The translations under genes were made by a program, and so were the position numbers. From positions 124,001 to 188,000 of the IMG/VR virus record IMGVR_UViG_3300042455_001086: a stretch of 64,000 nucleotides of DNA. One strand, given 5' to 3'. The notes beneath the pieces were generated by a model, which was not told the DNA's origin, searched no databases, and saw only the letters and a program-made list of their open reading frames with translations. Below, in pieces: positions 1 to 9,276 of this stretch (position 1 is its first letter; each line of letters opens with the position of its first letter).

Positions 1-33
1 AGTTCTCCGGTGTATGGATCGTGTGTTGGTATT

Positions 34-228
34 TTATTTGCCGAAGTTTCCATTGAATAGCATTTTCATTTGGTTCATAAGTTGTATTTGTTTTTTTTGT
101 AGTTCTTGGACTTTCCTTTTTTCTTCATCACTGAGTTCGTAGCTATTTGCGTTGATGTCTGAAATTTCATTTAAGATTCTTCTATGTTCGTTCAATAACT
201 GTCCGTAAATTACCTCTATATTTTTCAT
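34..228 (-). CDS. hypothetical coiled-coil protein
   Basis: 64-aa ORF in a tightly packed minus-strand run. Confidence 0.7.
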   Translation of the reverse strand: MKNIEVIYGQLLNEHRRILNEISDINANSYELSDEEKRKVQELQKKQIQLMNQMKMLFNGNFGK

Positions 229-473
229 TTTACAATTGCATTTGTCAATTGGTTTATTAGTCCTTGGACTTCTTCAAATTTAGTAAATCTGATGATTGGA
301 TCCGTGTTAAATACTTCTACCGGCCAGTCTGATGTCTTTAATTCTTCATTTGCCGGAGTTATAAATGTTAAACCATTTACAATATCTAAAGCATAATAGT
401 AAGACTCATCATCATCATATTCTCCGATGTATTCTTTTTGGAACCCCAAAAGTTGTAATTCTTTCTCTGTCAT
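225..473 (-). CDS. hypothetical protein
   Basis: 82-aa ORF, 4-bp overlap with next gene. Confidence 0.75.
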   Translation of the reverse strand: MTEKELQLLGFQKEYIGEYDDDESYYYALDIVNGLTFITPANEELKTSDWPVEVFNTDPIIRFTKFEEVQGLINQLTNAIVK

Positions 474-474
474 C

Positions 475-738
475 TTATTTTTTTTCTACAATGTTAAATG
501 TTCCTTCTACTACACCCCAAGATGATTCTTCCTGAAACTGATAAGTTTCGGCAACATCGTTTGAATTCATTTCTCTTGTCAAATACCAAATTTGGTCTTT
601 TTTCCAAGTTATGTTCATCAACTTTCTTCCCTTTGGTAGATTAATTGTCCCTTGACCACCCCAAGATTTAACTCGTTCGTTTTGAGTACATGATGTTGCA
701 ATAACACAAATTAATATTCCTAAAATTACTTTTCTCAT
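475..738 (-). CDS. putative lipoprotein
   Basis: signal-like N-terminus with lipobox-like IATSC. Confidence 0.65.
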   Translation of the reverse strand: MRKVILGILICVIATSCTQNERVKSWGGQGTINLPKGRKLMNITWKKDQIWYLTREMNSNDVAETYQFQEESSWGVVEGTFNIVEKK

Positions 739-749
739 TTTTATTTTTT

Positions 750-1016
750 TTACAATTCTCGTTTATCTAACTCTTCTAAAACTTCTTTTAACAATTCATC
801 ACCTTTTTTATATTTTATATCGTGGTAAATATACAATAAAAAACAAACAACATCAAGACATATTGAATACAAAATCCATTTTCCTGTGGATAATACAAAT
901 AAACTTTGTATTAAAACAATAATACACAATATAGTGGTAATAAAAGTATTTTTTTCCATCTTTTTTAATTCAGAATACGCTAAATCAAATAGATCGTCAT
1001 TTTTTAAATCTTTCAT
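750..1016 (-). CDS. small membrane protein
   Basis: two hydrophobic segments. Confidence 0.65.
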   Translation of the reverse strand: MKDLKNDDLFDLAYSELKKMEKNTFITTILCIIVLIQSLFVLSTGKWILYSICLDVVCFLLYIYHDIKYKKGDELLKEVLEELDKREL

Positions 1017-1252
1017 TCCAGTTCTTTTACTTTTATTAACGAATGTGCGGCTTCAAATCTCTTTAATGTCATAATAAGTTCTGTGACATTATCAAAAGCC
1101 CATCTTTCTGTTTCAATAACATAAAAATCTCCACCACCACCATTTTGAGTTTTGATAGTTAAAAATTGATCTCTTGTATCACAACAATCAGCGTCCTGGG
1201 TAAATGTCATTTGGAATTCTTGACCCAATATTGAAACTTTATTTTCTCTCAT
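1013..1252 (-). CDS. hypothetical protein
   Basis: 79-aa ORF, operon-like overlap. Confidence 0.7.
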   Translation of the reverse strand: MRENKVSILGQEFQMTFTQDADCCDTRDQFLTIKTQNGGGGDFYVIETERWAFDNVTELIMTLKRFEAAHSLIKVKELE

Positions 1253-1291
1253 AACCTTAATTTTAAATCAAAGTTAAAAAAAAAACTTTAA

Positions 1292-1519
1292 TCAAACAAG
1301 TTTTATGATGAATTTTCCAGGATTTAAATATTCTTCCTCACAAGTCATATTATAATCACTAACACAATTTATTACAATATTTTTCATTTGATTACTTTGG
1401 CCGGTAATAACACCAACAACTTTTTGATTTGATTTCATATTCTCCCACAGAAATTGATCCAGAATAGTTTGGACCTCGTTATGTCTAATCCCGTGGAGAT
1501 CCAGCGAGTTCATCTTCAA
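1292..1519 (-). CDS. stand-alone Smr/MutS2-domain protein
   Basis: LDLHG...VITG...NPG motifs of Smr domains (start may be 1513). Confidence 0.8.
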   Translation of the reverse strand: MKMNSLDLHGIRHNEVQTILDQFLWENMKSNQKVVGVITGQSNQMKNIVINCVSDYNMTCEEEYLNPGKFIIKLV

Positions 1520-1670
1520 TTATATTTACTAAACTTACAGAAATTAAACTATTTGTCCCATCTTTGTCCTGATATATCACTTTTTTACCTCCAACAAAAT
1601 AATTATCATCTTCTAAAACGGCATCAACAATTTCACCATCAATCAATATTTTGATATTATTTTTGATCAT
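1485..1670 (-). CDS. hypothetical protein
   Basis: ORF trimmed to ATG of MIKNNIK. Confidence 0.5.
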   Translation of the reverse strand: MIKNNIKILIDGEIVDAVLEDDNYFVGGKKVIYQDKDGTNSLISVSLVNIIEDELAGSPRD

Positions 1671-1765
1671 CTTTTTTTCCTTTTTTATAACGAATATAAA
1701 GTTCAAGTGGTATTAAAATCATAACACAAACAATTCCACTAATTATTAAAAATTGTTCCATTTTT

Positions 1766-2074
1766 TTAAATATTATAGGTTAATTCACCATTTTCAATTT
1801 CAACCTCTAACACACCATCACTTTCATAGGTAATTTTATCTATTTGTTCACCAGTTAATGTAATTTTTTCTGGTTCCATAAAAATTTTATATGCCTGGTT
1901 TAAAGACAACTTTGGGTCTGTAATTAAATTCAAAGTTGTTTGATTACTACATTCAACTATGGAAGGATATTGTCCGCCAACAGTCATAATCGCCTTATCC
2001 CCAATTTGAATTTCATCCAATGAGACCAAAAAAGGTTTTTCATCAATTATAAATAATTTTAATTTTTTTGTCAT
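1766..2074 (-). CDS. hypothetical protein
   Basis: 102-aa ORF. Confidence 0.75.
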   Translation of the reverse strand: MTKKLKLFIIDEKPFLVSLDEIQIGDKAIMTVGGQYPSIVECSNQTTLNLITDPKLSLNQAYKIFMEPEKITLTGEQIDKITYESDGVLEVEIENGELTYNI

Positions 2075-2460
2075 TTTTTTATGTTAAAATTTAATAGAGT
2101 TTCAACCTCTTGATTTTTTAACTCAACAATAGGTCCCCACTCTCCTTTATATGTTATGCCTCTTACCGGTCTATTATCAACCCAAACATACTCACAATCA
2201 TCCTCAATACATCTTGGTTTATCCATAATCAAATCGTGAAATTTGAAACCGTTTTCTATTAACCAATTGTATGTTGTTTCTCTATCTTTTGATTCTCTTG
2301 CGGTGAAAAACACAATTTTATTTCCATCGTTATAAAGTTTATTAATAATCTCAATTGATTTTGGAAAAACTTTTGCTGTTGAGTAAAGGTGTGAATCCTC
2401 ATTTTTTATATCATCACAAATAGTGCCGTCAATATCAAGAAGAAAAACTCTTTTTTTCAT
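2071..2460 (-). CDS. HAD-superfamily phosphatase
   Basis: LDIDGTI motif I, FTAR motif II, MDKP, VDN. Confidence 0.85.
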   Translation of the reverse strand: MKKRVFLLDIDGTICDDIKNEDSHLYSTAKVFPKSIEIINKLYNDGNKIVFFTARESKDRETTYNWLIENGFKFHDLIMDKPRCIEDDCEYVWVDNRPVRGITYKGEWGPIVELKNQEVETLLNFNIKK

Positions 2461-2771
2461 ATTCTCAAATCATTTTTACGATTCATATCCAAAATATAAG
2501 CCATTAAATTTTTAACTAAAGTGTCTGGGTCAATGCTCTGATATAAATCCGGATAACGGTCTTGTAGAATTTTGTTTTCTTCATATTCTCTACAACTATC
2601 AAGTATATCTGAAAGCATTGATTTTAACATATGTTCTTTATCATAAGTATCTTCAACTTTACTTTCCATTACTTGCCCTTCAAGTTCTTGGGTATATTCA
2701 ATTAATTCCTCAACTGGACTTAAATCCATTAAGTGTTCATTCCCTTTGAATATTTGACTTATACTTTTCAT
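2457..2771 (-). CDS. hypothetical protein
   Basis: 104-aa ORF. Confidence 0.7.
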   Translation of the reverse strand: MKSISQIFKGNEHLMDLSPVEELIEYTQELEGQVMESKVEDTYDKEHMLKSMLSDILDSCREYEENKILQDRYPDLYQSIDPDTLVKNLMAYILDMNRKNDLRI

Positions 2772-3316
2772 TCCAAAAACTTCAATATCTTTTCTTTAAC
2801 GCCCGATTGTTTAATTCCTTCAGTATGTGGTCTAGCACAATGAACGAAATTATCAAGACCCCACTCTTTCCAGGATGTCCCATCTTTACCCATATTAAGG
2901 TCATCAACGACAACCCAATGTGTTACTTCAGGATGATCGTGTAACCAGTTCATTATTTCAACAGCTCGTGTGTGCTCTAGTTCCCACATTGCCATCCATT
3001 CGTGATCGTTTATAAAATTTTCACAATCTTTAATTGATGGTGTTAAATCAATTGGCGCTTTAATTCCACGAGTTTTATACATTTCTTTCATATCATCTAA
3101 TGTTCCGTACTTCTTCCAATCAGAAGATATGACTATTTCACACCCTGTAAGTTCTATGATTTCATTTAATACTTTAACTGCCTTTTCATCAAAACTATCC
3201 ATTCGTATATCCATAGGAGTTTCGGGATTTGAATCAAATCCTTTTTTCTTATATCGCCCACCCCAATTATTGGATAGGCATATAACTCCGTCGTGATCTA
3301 AAAATAATATTTTCAT
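2768..3316 (-). CDS. HAD domain protein, 'Swiss army knife' RNA-repair type
   Basis: LFLDHDGV, VISSDW, RAVEI, VVVDD; start trimmed to MKILFLD just after a TATATTTG promoter box. Confidence 0.8.
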   Translation of the reverse strand: MKILFLDHDGVICLSNNWGGRYKKKGFDSNPETPMDIRMDSFDEKAVKVLNEIIELTGCEIVISSDWKKYGTLDDMKEMYKTRGIKAPIDLTPSIKDCENFINDHEWMAMWELEHTRAVEIMNWLHDHPEVTHWVVVDDLNMGKDGTSWKEWGLDNFVHCARPHTEGIKQSGVKEKILKFLE

Positions 3317-3339
3317 AATACAAATATAATAAATTAAAT

Positions 3340-3645
3340 TCAATAACCGGTAATAATATCAAGCTTTGTTTTATATTTTTGTGAAAACCATTCTTCCACA
3401 AAGTTATATGTTTCGTTATAATCAATATTAAACATATTTAATATTGGATCTATCACATATTTGGAACTAACAAAGACAACACTATCTATACTTCTATCTT
3501 CACAACTATCTAAAATGAAAATTTTATCACCAAAATTTTTCTGACTAAATGTTTTATATCTCCCATTCTTTTCTTCCGCAACAATTAAATTACCATAATG
3601 TAGATTCAAGAATTTAGATACTGCATTTTTTTGTAATTCGGTCAT
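3340..3645 (-). CDS. hypothetical protein
   Basis: ORF trimmed to MTELQKN (the longer start lies inside a terminator). Confidence 0.65.
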   Translation of the reverse strand: MTELQKNAVSKFLNLHYGNLIVAEEKNGRYKTFSQKNFGDKIFILDSCEDRSIDSVVFVSSKYVIDPILNMFNIDYNETYNFVEEWFSQKYKTKLDIITGY

Positions 3646-3655
3646 TTTTAAAATT

Positions 3656-3692
3656 TTAAAAAACCCCAAACTCAATGAAGAGAGTGGGGTTT
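3656..3692 (-). terminator. intrinsic terminator
   Basis: AAACCCCA...TGGGGTTT stem followed by a T run on the minus strand. Confidence 0.8.
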
Positions 3693-3693
3693 A

Positions 3694-3852
3694 TGAGTTG
3701 AGTTATGTCTATCTGAGGTTAGAAGAGGTTTAAGATTTGAAATACTAACTGTTGAACTATTTAACTTTTGACATTTAAGGCCTTGGTAATCTAATCATAG
3801 CATCGTAGATCTGGAACAAAGTTCTCGTAATAGATATAACATAATCAACTCA
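3694..3852 (-). ncRNA. candidate structured RNA downstream of DIP1984-like gene
   Basis: 3832-3852 and 3694-3714 are imperfect ~21-nt inverted repeats closing the element; seven 7-8-nt internal repeats; no ORF; terminator follows. Confidence 0.6.
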
Positions 3853-3854
3853 AA

Positions 3855-4301
3855 TTACAAACCAGCAATTGTGGTTGTAAAGTTGTGTTGGTCCAACTCT
3901 TCTTGAAGTTGTTCAATTTTCAACTCAAGTGATTTAACTTCATTGTCTCTCTCAACAATTGAAATTTCAGCGTTTTTGATAATTGGTGATTCACTTCTAC
4001 GAGCGTAGAAATCAACTGCCACACCATTGGTACAGTCAAGTTCTTTTAAACCTTTTACTAAAGATTTTAACTCACCCATTAGGAAAATTTTATCATAGAC
4101 TGGTCCATTTGCTCTATGGATTTGAGTTTTGATAATGTTGATTTGTTCAATCTTTTTATAGATTGCAGCTAATGTTTCTTTAGAAGAATATGATCTTTCA
4201 TTTCCTTCTAATACAGAGTTATTAATGTGTAATCTTTTTGTTAATTCATTTAATTCTTGAACTAACTTGTTTTTAAACTTTAATGCTTGTTTAATCGTCA
4301 T
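3855..4301 (-). CDS. DIP1984/DUF6847-like coiled-coil protein
   Basis: MTIKQALKFKNKL..., IKTQIHRAN, C-terminal IEQLQEELDQHNFTTTI match the family pattern as I recall it. Confidence 0.65.
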   Translation of the reverse strand: MTIKQALKFKNKLVQELNELTKRLHINNSVLEGNERSYSSKETLAAIYKKIEQINIIKTQIHRANGPVYDKIFLMGELKSLVKGLKELDCTNGVAVDFYARRSESPIIKNAEISIVERDNEVKSLELKIEQLQEELDQHNFTTTIAGL

Positions 4302-4318
4302 AACTTATTTTTTTGTTT

Positions 4319-4326
4319 CAAAATTA
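4319..4326 (-). promoter_or_regulatory. Bacteroidota-type -7 promoter box (TAATTTTG)
   Basis: TAnnTTTG 17 nt upstream of the ATG at 4301. Confidence 0.55.
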
Positions 4327-4340
4327 TACTTGTATTATAT

Positions 4341-4670
4341 TTAATAGTCAATATTTTTTGTTAGACAAATTTCTCTATCGGCTAAATGACTATATGCCCA
4401 CACCTCAAAACCAAAACCGCCGGTTGGTCTAAATATATATTCAATTTCACCATACATATCAAAAACACCTTTTATGTTTTCTTTCCATTTATTTAAGATT
4501 TCTACCTCATCCGGATGAATTGTAAATGTCATTGATTTATTATTTTCATCAACCAAATCATTTTTATGTTTTATTGAATCACAAAACAATAAATCTGTGT
4601 TATTACTATTTTCACTTTTATTAAGAATCCTTTCACGCATTTTGTTTAATCTTTCAACTTCAGTTTCCAT
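4341..4670 (-). CDS. hypothetical protein
   Basis: 109-aa ORF. Confidence 0.7.
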   Translation of the reverse strand: METEVERLNKMRERILNKSENSNNTDLLFCDSIKHKNDLVDENNKSMTFTIHPDEVEILNKWKENIKGVFDMYGEIEYIFRPTGGFGFEVWAYSHLADREICLTKNIDY

Positions 4671-4679
4671 GTGAAAATT

Positions 4680-5237
4680 TTAATCATTATTTTTTATAAC
4701 TTCAACAACCTTTAAAGACCAGGGATCAGAAAAATCATCAAACTCACAGATTGATATTTCATTATGAAGTGCGTTGAAATATAAATCTCCCTTTAATATT
4801 GGTTCCTTTAAATTTTTAAGGTATAATTTTCCATCTACTTCAATATATAGTTTTTCATCCCGATGTTCCTCGCATAAGGTATAAATCCAACCATTTATTT
4901 TATGTTGTTCTCCTGGTTCTCCACAAACTTCACATACCTGGAAACTCTCTCTTTCCGCCTCAACGATAAAGTGTAATCCATTTTCTGGAAGATTGTCAAT
5001 AAAAAAACTAAGCCCTCCAAATTTTTCTTTTACATTGATAAAACTTTTATCCCAACCAAGTCTAATCAAAGTTTCAAAAAGTCTCTCAAGTATTCCAAGC
5101 CAACCATTTCCAACATTGAATTCATTTCTTGATAATATTGGTCCTTTGTCTGTTCTATAAACTCTTACAAGTCCACCAATATTTGCTAAGAAATCTTCAA
5201 ACTCAGTATCAGTTCTAAAATTATCATTCTTTCTCAT
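4680..5237 (-). CDS. conserved phage protein with Zn-binding motif
   Basis: VKEKFGGLSF followed by CEVCG...LCEEH. Confidence 0.75.
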   Translation of the reverse strand: MRKNDNFRTDTEFEDFLANIGGLVRVYRTDKGPILSRNEFNVGNGWLGILERLFETLIRLGWDKSFINVKEKFGGLSFFIDNLPENGLHFIVEAERESFQVCEVCGEPGEQHKINGWIYTLCEEHRDEKLYIEVDGKLYLKNLKEPILKGDLYFNALHNEISICEFDDFSDPWSLKVVEVIKNND

Positions 5238-5646
5238 CTTTTCTTATTTTTTTAACAATAGTCAATGCGTTTGATAAAGTCCAATATGAATCCCAAAAAC
5301 CACCTCGGTCATCAAGAAAAATGTTTGCATATAGTTTTCCGTTTATACCATAAGGTCTGTTCCATTCTGGGTGCATTTCATTTACTCCGTGGACTTCAAC
5401 ACCCAAAGATTCAACCTGTTCTTTTGCGTTCTCTAATCTATCTAAACTTCTTGCTGTATTAATCAAAAAGTATATTCCTTCTTTTTGACATTCCAAGATT
5501 AGATCAACCATTTTTTTACAATTTTCTCTAATCTCTTCATTATATGGAATAATTGTGTCGTCAAGATCACAAGCGATTATAATCTTACCATTCTTCAACC
5601 ATTCTTTGACTAATCTATTTGTATAAAAGTTTGTATGATGTCTCAT
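5224..5646 (-). CDS. HAD-superfamily hydrolase
   Basis: CDLDDTI, NTAR, KLYANIFLDDR. Confidence 0.8.
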   Translation of the reverse strand: MRHHTNFYTNRLVKEWLKNGKIIIACDLDDTIIPYNEEIRENCKKMVDLILECQKEGIYFLINTARSLDRLENAKEQVESLGVEVHGVNEMHPEWNRPYGINGKLYANIFLDDRGGFWDSYWTLSNALTIVKKIRKDEKE

Positions 5647-5828
5647 TTTTCTAATTCTTCTTCTTTGATAATTCTTATTTCACCCATTGTTCTTGAATAA
5701 AATTCCTCCAAATCAAATCCACTTTTTCCACATTCACAAACTTGCATATCCCATCTTCTATTGGAATACGATTCGTGTTGGTTCCCACAACTAAGACATT
5801 CCCAGGTTACTTTTTTGTGTTTTGTCAT
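5643..5828 (-). CDS. small Zn-ribbon protein
   Basis: CLSCG...CECG. Confidence 0.65.
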   Translation of the reverse strand: MTKHKKVTWECLSCGNQHESYSNRRWDMQVCECGKSGFDLEEFYSRTMGEIRIIKEEELEK

Positions 5829-5875
5829 CTTATTCTGATTTAAAGGTTTTGTTAAAGTAAAGTTCATAGATTTTT

Positions 5876-5999
5876 ATTGCACCTAATCCGCTTTCTTTTT
5901 CTACTTCGGTCTGTATATGTAATTTTTTTACAAAGGTATGAATAAGTTTTGATATTTCAAAATAAAAAACTACATATACACCCAACCGTTATATTCAAT
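5876..5999. repeat. attC-like palindromic element enclosing a promoter
   Basis: 16/17 inverted repeat 5912-5928 / 5964-5980; outer ATTG..CCTAAT / GTTATAT..CAAT; TTTG-N19-TACCTTTG inside. Confidence 0.45.
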
Positions 6000-6202
6000 T
6001 AACGACCATCCAAAAAACTACCTATAATAAGTTGTGGAACAATTTCACCGTCTTCCAAGGTCTCATCAAAATTAAAATCAACAAACATTTTCCAGTCCTG
6101 CAAATAATCCCCAAAATCTTCAATATATAATTCTGCGTTATATTTAACAAGTAATAAGTTAAGCTCTTTTAAAAATTGTTCTTGTTTTTCTTTTCCTATC
6201 AT
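5999..6202 (-). CDS. hypothetical protein
   Basis: 67-aa ORF. Confidence 0.65.
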   Translation of the reverse strand: MIGKEKQEQFLKELNLLLVKYNAELYIEDFGDYLQDWKMFVDFNFDETLEDGEIVPQLIIGSFLDGR

Positions 6203-6210
6203 AATATTAA

Positions 6211-7248
6211 CTATTTTCCAAACCCAACACTACCAGAACCTTTAATTGTTGGTGTTTTTTTCAACCCTTCAAGATTTTCAATTGTTTCTTCAAAAGTTCT
6301 ACCCATAACAATAACCGAAATAACAACTTCTTTTAAGTGTGACAATGACATCCCTTCAGTTTTTTTGATCCATTCCTCAATATCAATACCTTTTAAATCT
6401 TCTTCACTTAATTTATGTTCAATATAAGCTCTTCTAATATCTTCATTTGGAAGTTCCACTTTATATCTTCTATCAAAACGGGACGGACGGTTGGTGATTC
6501 TTTCCTGTAACTTCTCCGGATAGTTTGTTGTTGCAATATAAACAACACCTTCAATTTGTTTAACACCATCTAGTATGTTTAATAATCTAGCAGTTTGACT
6601 TCTACCTTCACCAGCAAGTGAATCAATATCCTCCAATAAAACAATCAATGGTCTTTTTGGTTCAACTTTTCTAAATGTCCCAATAAATGATGTAAACCTT
6701 TCAACATCTTCTTCATCTTTGATATTAATTACAATACCATCTTTTTCAATTAGTTGTTGTGATATTAATTGGATTATACCTGATTTACCACAACCTGGTT
6801 CACCATACATTAATATACCTCTTTTATGGATATAGTTATATTTCTTATAGTTGTCGGCTCTGTTCCAAAAATTATCAATATCTTTTAAAATGTCTGTAAT
6901 TTCATATGAAGGTAAGTGATATAACTCGTCAGACTTGAATGGTTGTTTTTTAACGGTATAAGTTTGTAAATTACCATTCCAACCTATTTCATAAACACCG
7001 GCAGGAACCTTTGGTACTGTAACATATGCCGGTGCGTACTCGTTATTTTTTAAATTACTCCAACAACAAGGTATATCTAAATCTTTTTTTTCTTCATCAG
7101 ATGTTCCACTAATAATAGGTTCTTCTATTGCCGGATCATCATTATATGCTAATGTATCTTCTATATATTTTTCACTCATATTATTTCTTTTTAATATTTC
7201 TTTTAGTTCTTTTCTCCAATCTCTTTCCATTGTTCTATTTTTTCCCAA
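6211..7248 (-). CDS. AAA+ ATPase
   Basis: Walker A GEPGCGKS, Walker B LLEDID, SRH ATTNYPE..NRPSRFDRR. Confidence 0.9.
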   Translation of the reverse strand: MGKNRTMERDWRKELKEILKRNNMSEKYIEDTLAYNDDPAIEEPIISGTSDEEKKDLDIPCCWSNLKNNEYAPAYVTVPKVPAGVYEIGWNGNLQTYTVKKQPFKSDELYHLPSYEITDILKDIDNFWNRADNYKKYNYIHKRGILMYGEPGCGKSGIIQLISQQLIEKDGIVINIKDEEDVERFTSFIGTFRKVEPKRPLIVLLEDIDSLAGEGRSQTARLLNILDGVKQIEGVVYIATTNYPEKLQERITNRPSRFDRRYKVELPNEDIRRAYIEHKLSEEDLKGIDIEEWIKKTEGMSLSHLKEVVISVIVMGRTFEETIENLEGLKKTPTIKGSGSVGFGK

Positions 7249-7436
7249 TCTTCTTTTCTTGTAGCAACAGTAATACCATCAATATCAAAAAATACTTCCT
7301 GTGTAAAAATCCTTGGATTACTTATTTTGGTGGGGTCCACACTTATCTTATCATAGTAAGTTCCTTCATTTGCGAATCTTACATATATCTCAATCTTCTC
7401 TATCATAACTTTTGTCAAATAATATATGTTCTTCAA
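7203..7436 (-). CDS. hypothetical protein
   Basis: ORF bridging neighbours; start probably MIEKIE. Confidence 0.55.
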   Translation of the reverse strand: MKNIYYLTKVMIEKIEIYVRFANEGTYYDKISVDPTKISNPRIFTQEVFFDIDGITVATRKEDWEKIEQWKEIGEKN

Positions 7437-8514
7437 TTTGGTTTTTCAGTTCTTCTTTAGTAATATCAACACGAATTTTTAAATCTTTCAAATATTCTTC
7501 AATGTCTTCTTCTTCCATTATAGGTTCAATTCTATCTTCTACTTGTGGTTCAAGAATTGGCATTGGTACTATTCTTCCTTGTCTTGTTAAAGGACGAGCA
7601 ATTGGCATAATTTCTTCTGCAATTTCCATCATTTTTTCTCCACCAAGAATTTCATCTTCAGGTAATGGTCCGTTGTATCTTCTCATTTCATTTTTTTCTT
7701 CTTCAGAAAACAATTTATAGTTTGGAATTGTTGTCGGTGACTTTACATCGCATTCCATTAAAATGATTTGAAGAATGTTCATTGGAAGACCTGTCTGTAT
7801 TGTATCAATTTGTTTATCTTCCTGGTTAAATGTTTTAAATGCGTAATCTTGGTGATCATCTGAAATTTCGTATTGGTTTGGTAAATGTCTATAAAATGCA
7901 AACTTTTTATTTTGTTTTTTGTCAATAAGATAAATTAAAATTCCTTTTGAATGATTGTAGAAATAATCTGGATCACTAACCATTGCTGTACACCATTTTG
8001 TTTGATAACCATATGAACAAGATGCAGCATAAGTTAATGGTTTAAAAATCAAATAATTGTCGTCCTCAAAAATCTTGTGAATTTCTTTTTTTGATCTTTT
8101 AAATAACTCACGATTTTTAGCTTCATATAGTTGTATTTCCAACATATCCCAGGAATCATATTTACTGATGTCTTTTTCATCAATCAAACCTCTTTCCATT
8201 AATTCAGTAAATTCAACAAATCTTTCCATTCTACCCCAAGAAAATAAATACTCACAAAATAAAGCTCTTGATATTATATTTTCAAATGAATCATTTGTTA
8301 CAGTTCTTTCAACTGGACTAAGGTGAACTCTTTCTGATTGAATGACTGGTCGAAAACCATCTTGTTCTAGTTGCCAATCTTCAATTTTTTTATTGAGCAT
8401 CTTAACCAAGAATTGTGTATATTTTTTGGTTTTACTTGTATCAAATCTTTCCAACATATTGGCAAGATTTAAATTTAAAATTTCATTTTCTTTTTTTAAT
8501 TTCTTAATTCCCAT
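7390..8514 (-). CDS. PcfJ-like 'TKWC'-motif protein (paralog 1)
   Basis: PLTYAASCSYGYQTKWCT motif shared with 15295..16257. Confidence 0.7.
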   Translation of the reverse strand: MGIKKLKKENEILNLNLANMLERFDTSKTKKYTQFLVKMLNKKIEDWQLEQDGFRPVIQSERVHLSPVERTVTNDSFENIISRALFCEYLFSWGRMERFVEFTELMERGLIDEKDISKYDSWDMLEIQLYEAKNRELFKRSKKEIHKIFEDDNYLIFKPLTYAASCSYGYQTKWCTAMVSDPDYFYNHSKGILIYLIDKKQNKKFAFYRHLPNQYEISDDHQDYAFKTFNQEDKQIDTIQTGLPMNILQIILMECDVKSPTTIPNYKLFSEEEKNEMRRYNGPLPEDEILGGEKMMEIAEEIMPIARPLTRQGRIVPMPILEPQVEDRIEPIMEEEDIEEYLKDLKIRVDITKEELKNQIEEHILFDKSYDRED

Positions 8515-8713
8515 TTTCTTCTTCTTTTTTTTCTATCAGACATGAACTAAATATAAAAAATTCAAATATGACAAACAATACACCACCCCAAAAATATTGA
8601 TAAATCCACCATTCGGTTGGATTAAATGATCTATTTGTGATTACCATAATTGCATACCAAAAAAGATTTTTTGATACGAATTCAACAAAATTGAATTTAG
8701 GTTTATTTTCCAT
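8504..8713 (-). CDS. small membrane protein
   Basis: two hydrophobic segments. Confidence 0.65.
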   Translation of the reverse strand: MENKPKFNFVEFVSKNLFWYAIMVITNRSFNPTEWWIYQYFWGGVLFVIFEFFIFSSCLIEKKEEENGN

Positions 8714-8955
8714 TATCTTAACACAAAAGGATGAATAATTACTACGATTTGTTCCACTCTACCTTCCTGTGGTATTATTGCTCTATCTTCTTTTATAATG
8801 AGATCCATTAGACCTAAATCTTCTTTTAATCTTTCTGCTTGGATTTTAACTTCTTTTTTCGCGTCTTCTTCATTTTTGAAGAATCCGAAATACGCGTCAC
8901 AACCTCCGGTTTTATCACAAACACCGAAAATAATTTCTCTTACTGGTTTTATCAT
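8713..8955 (-). CDS. hypothetical protein
   Basis: 80-aa ORF. Confidence 0.7.
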   Translation of the reverse strand: MIKPVREIIFGVCDKTGGCDAYFGFFKNEEDAKKEVKIQAERLKEDLGLMDLIIKEDRAIIPQEGRVEQIVVIIHPFVLR

Positions 8956-9218
8956 AATCTATTTGCTATTTTTTCAATAATTTCTTCTTCTTCATTAGTT
9001 AGTTGGTAATATGAGTTCCAAATTTTCATTAAATCATCTCTTAAATATTTTTCAACGATTGATTCTTGGTCACCTCTAACCATTTTTCTTATTTCTGGAT
9101 TTGGGTGTGTATCTAAAATACCATCTTCGTATAACCGTTCGGCCATATTGCGTTTATCAATCCTATCCATTTCGTTGTAAACCTCATCTAAATCAACATC
9201 TATTCTAACGTAACTCAT
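8952..9218 (-). CDS. hypothetical protein
   Basis: 88-aa ORF. Confidence 0.7.
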   Translation of the reverse strand: MSYVRIDVDLDEVYNEMDRIDKRNMAERLYEDGILDTHPNPEIRKMVRGDQESIVEKYLRDDLMKIWNSYYQLTNEEEEIIEKIANRL

Positions 9219-9244
9219 ATTTTTAATTTTTTTAAAAAGTTAAG

Positions 9245-9276
9245 AAAAAAAGGTGACTCCATCAATGGGAGTCACC
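9245..9276 (-). terminator. intrinsic terminator after RNA ligase
   Basis: GGTGACTCC/GGAGTCACC stem plus T7 on the minus strand. Confidence 0.8.

Noticed and set aside
3694-3852. Retron msr-msd or type III toxin-antitoxin array
   Set aside because: There is no reverse transcriptase in the window; the repeats are 7-8 nt and downstream of the gene, unlike the ~35-nt upstream ToxI-type repeats.
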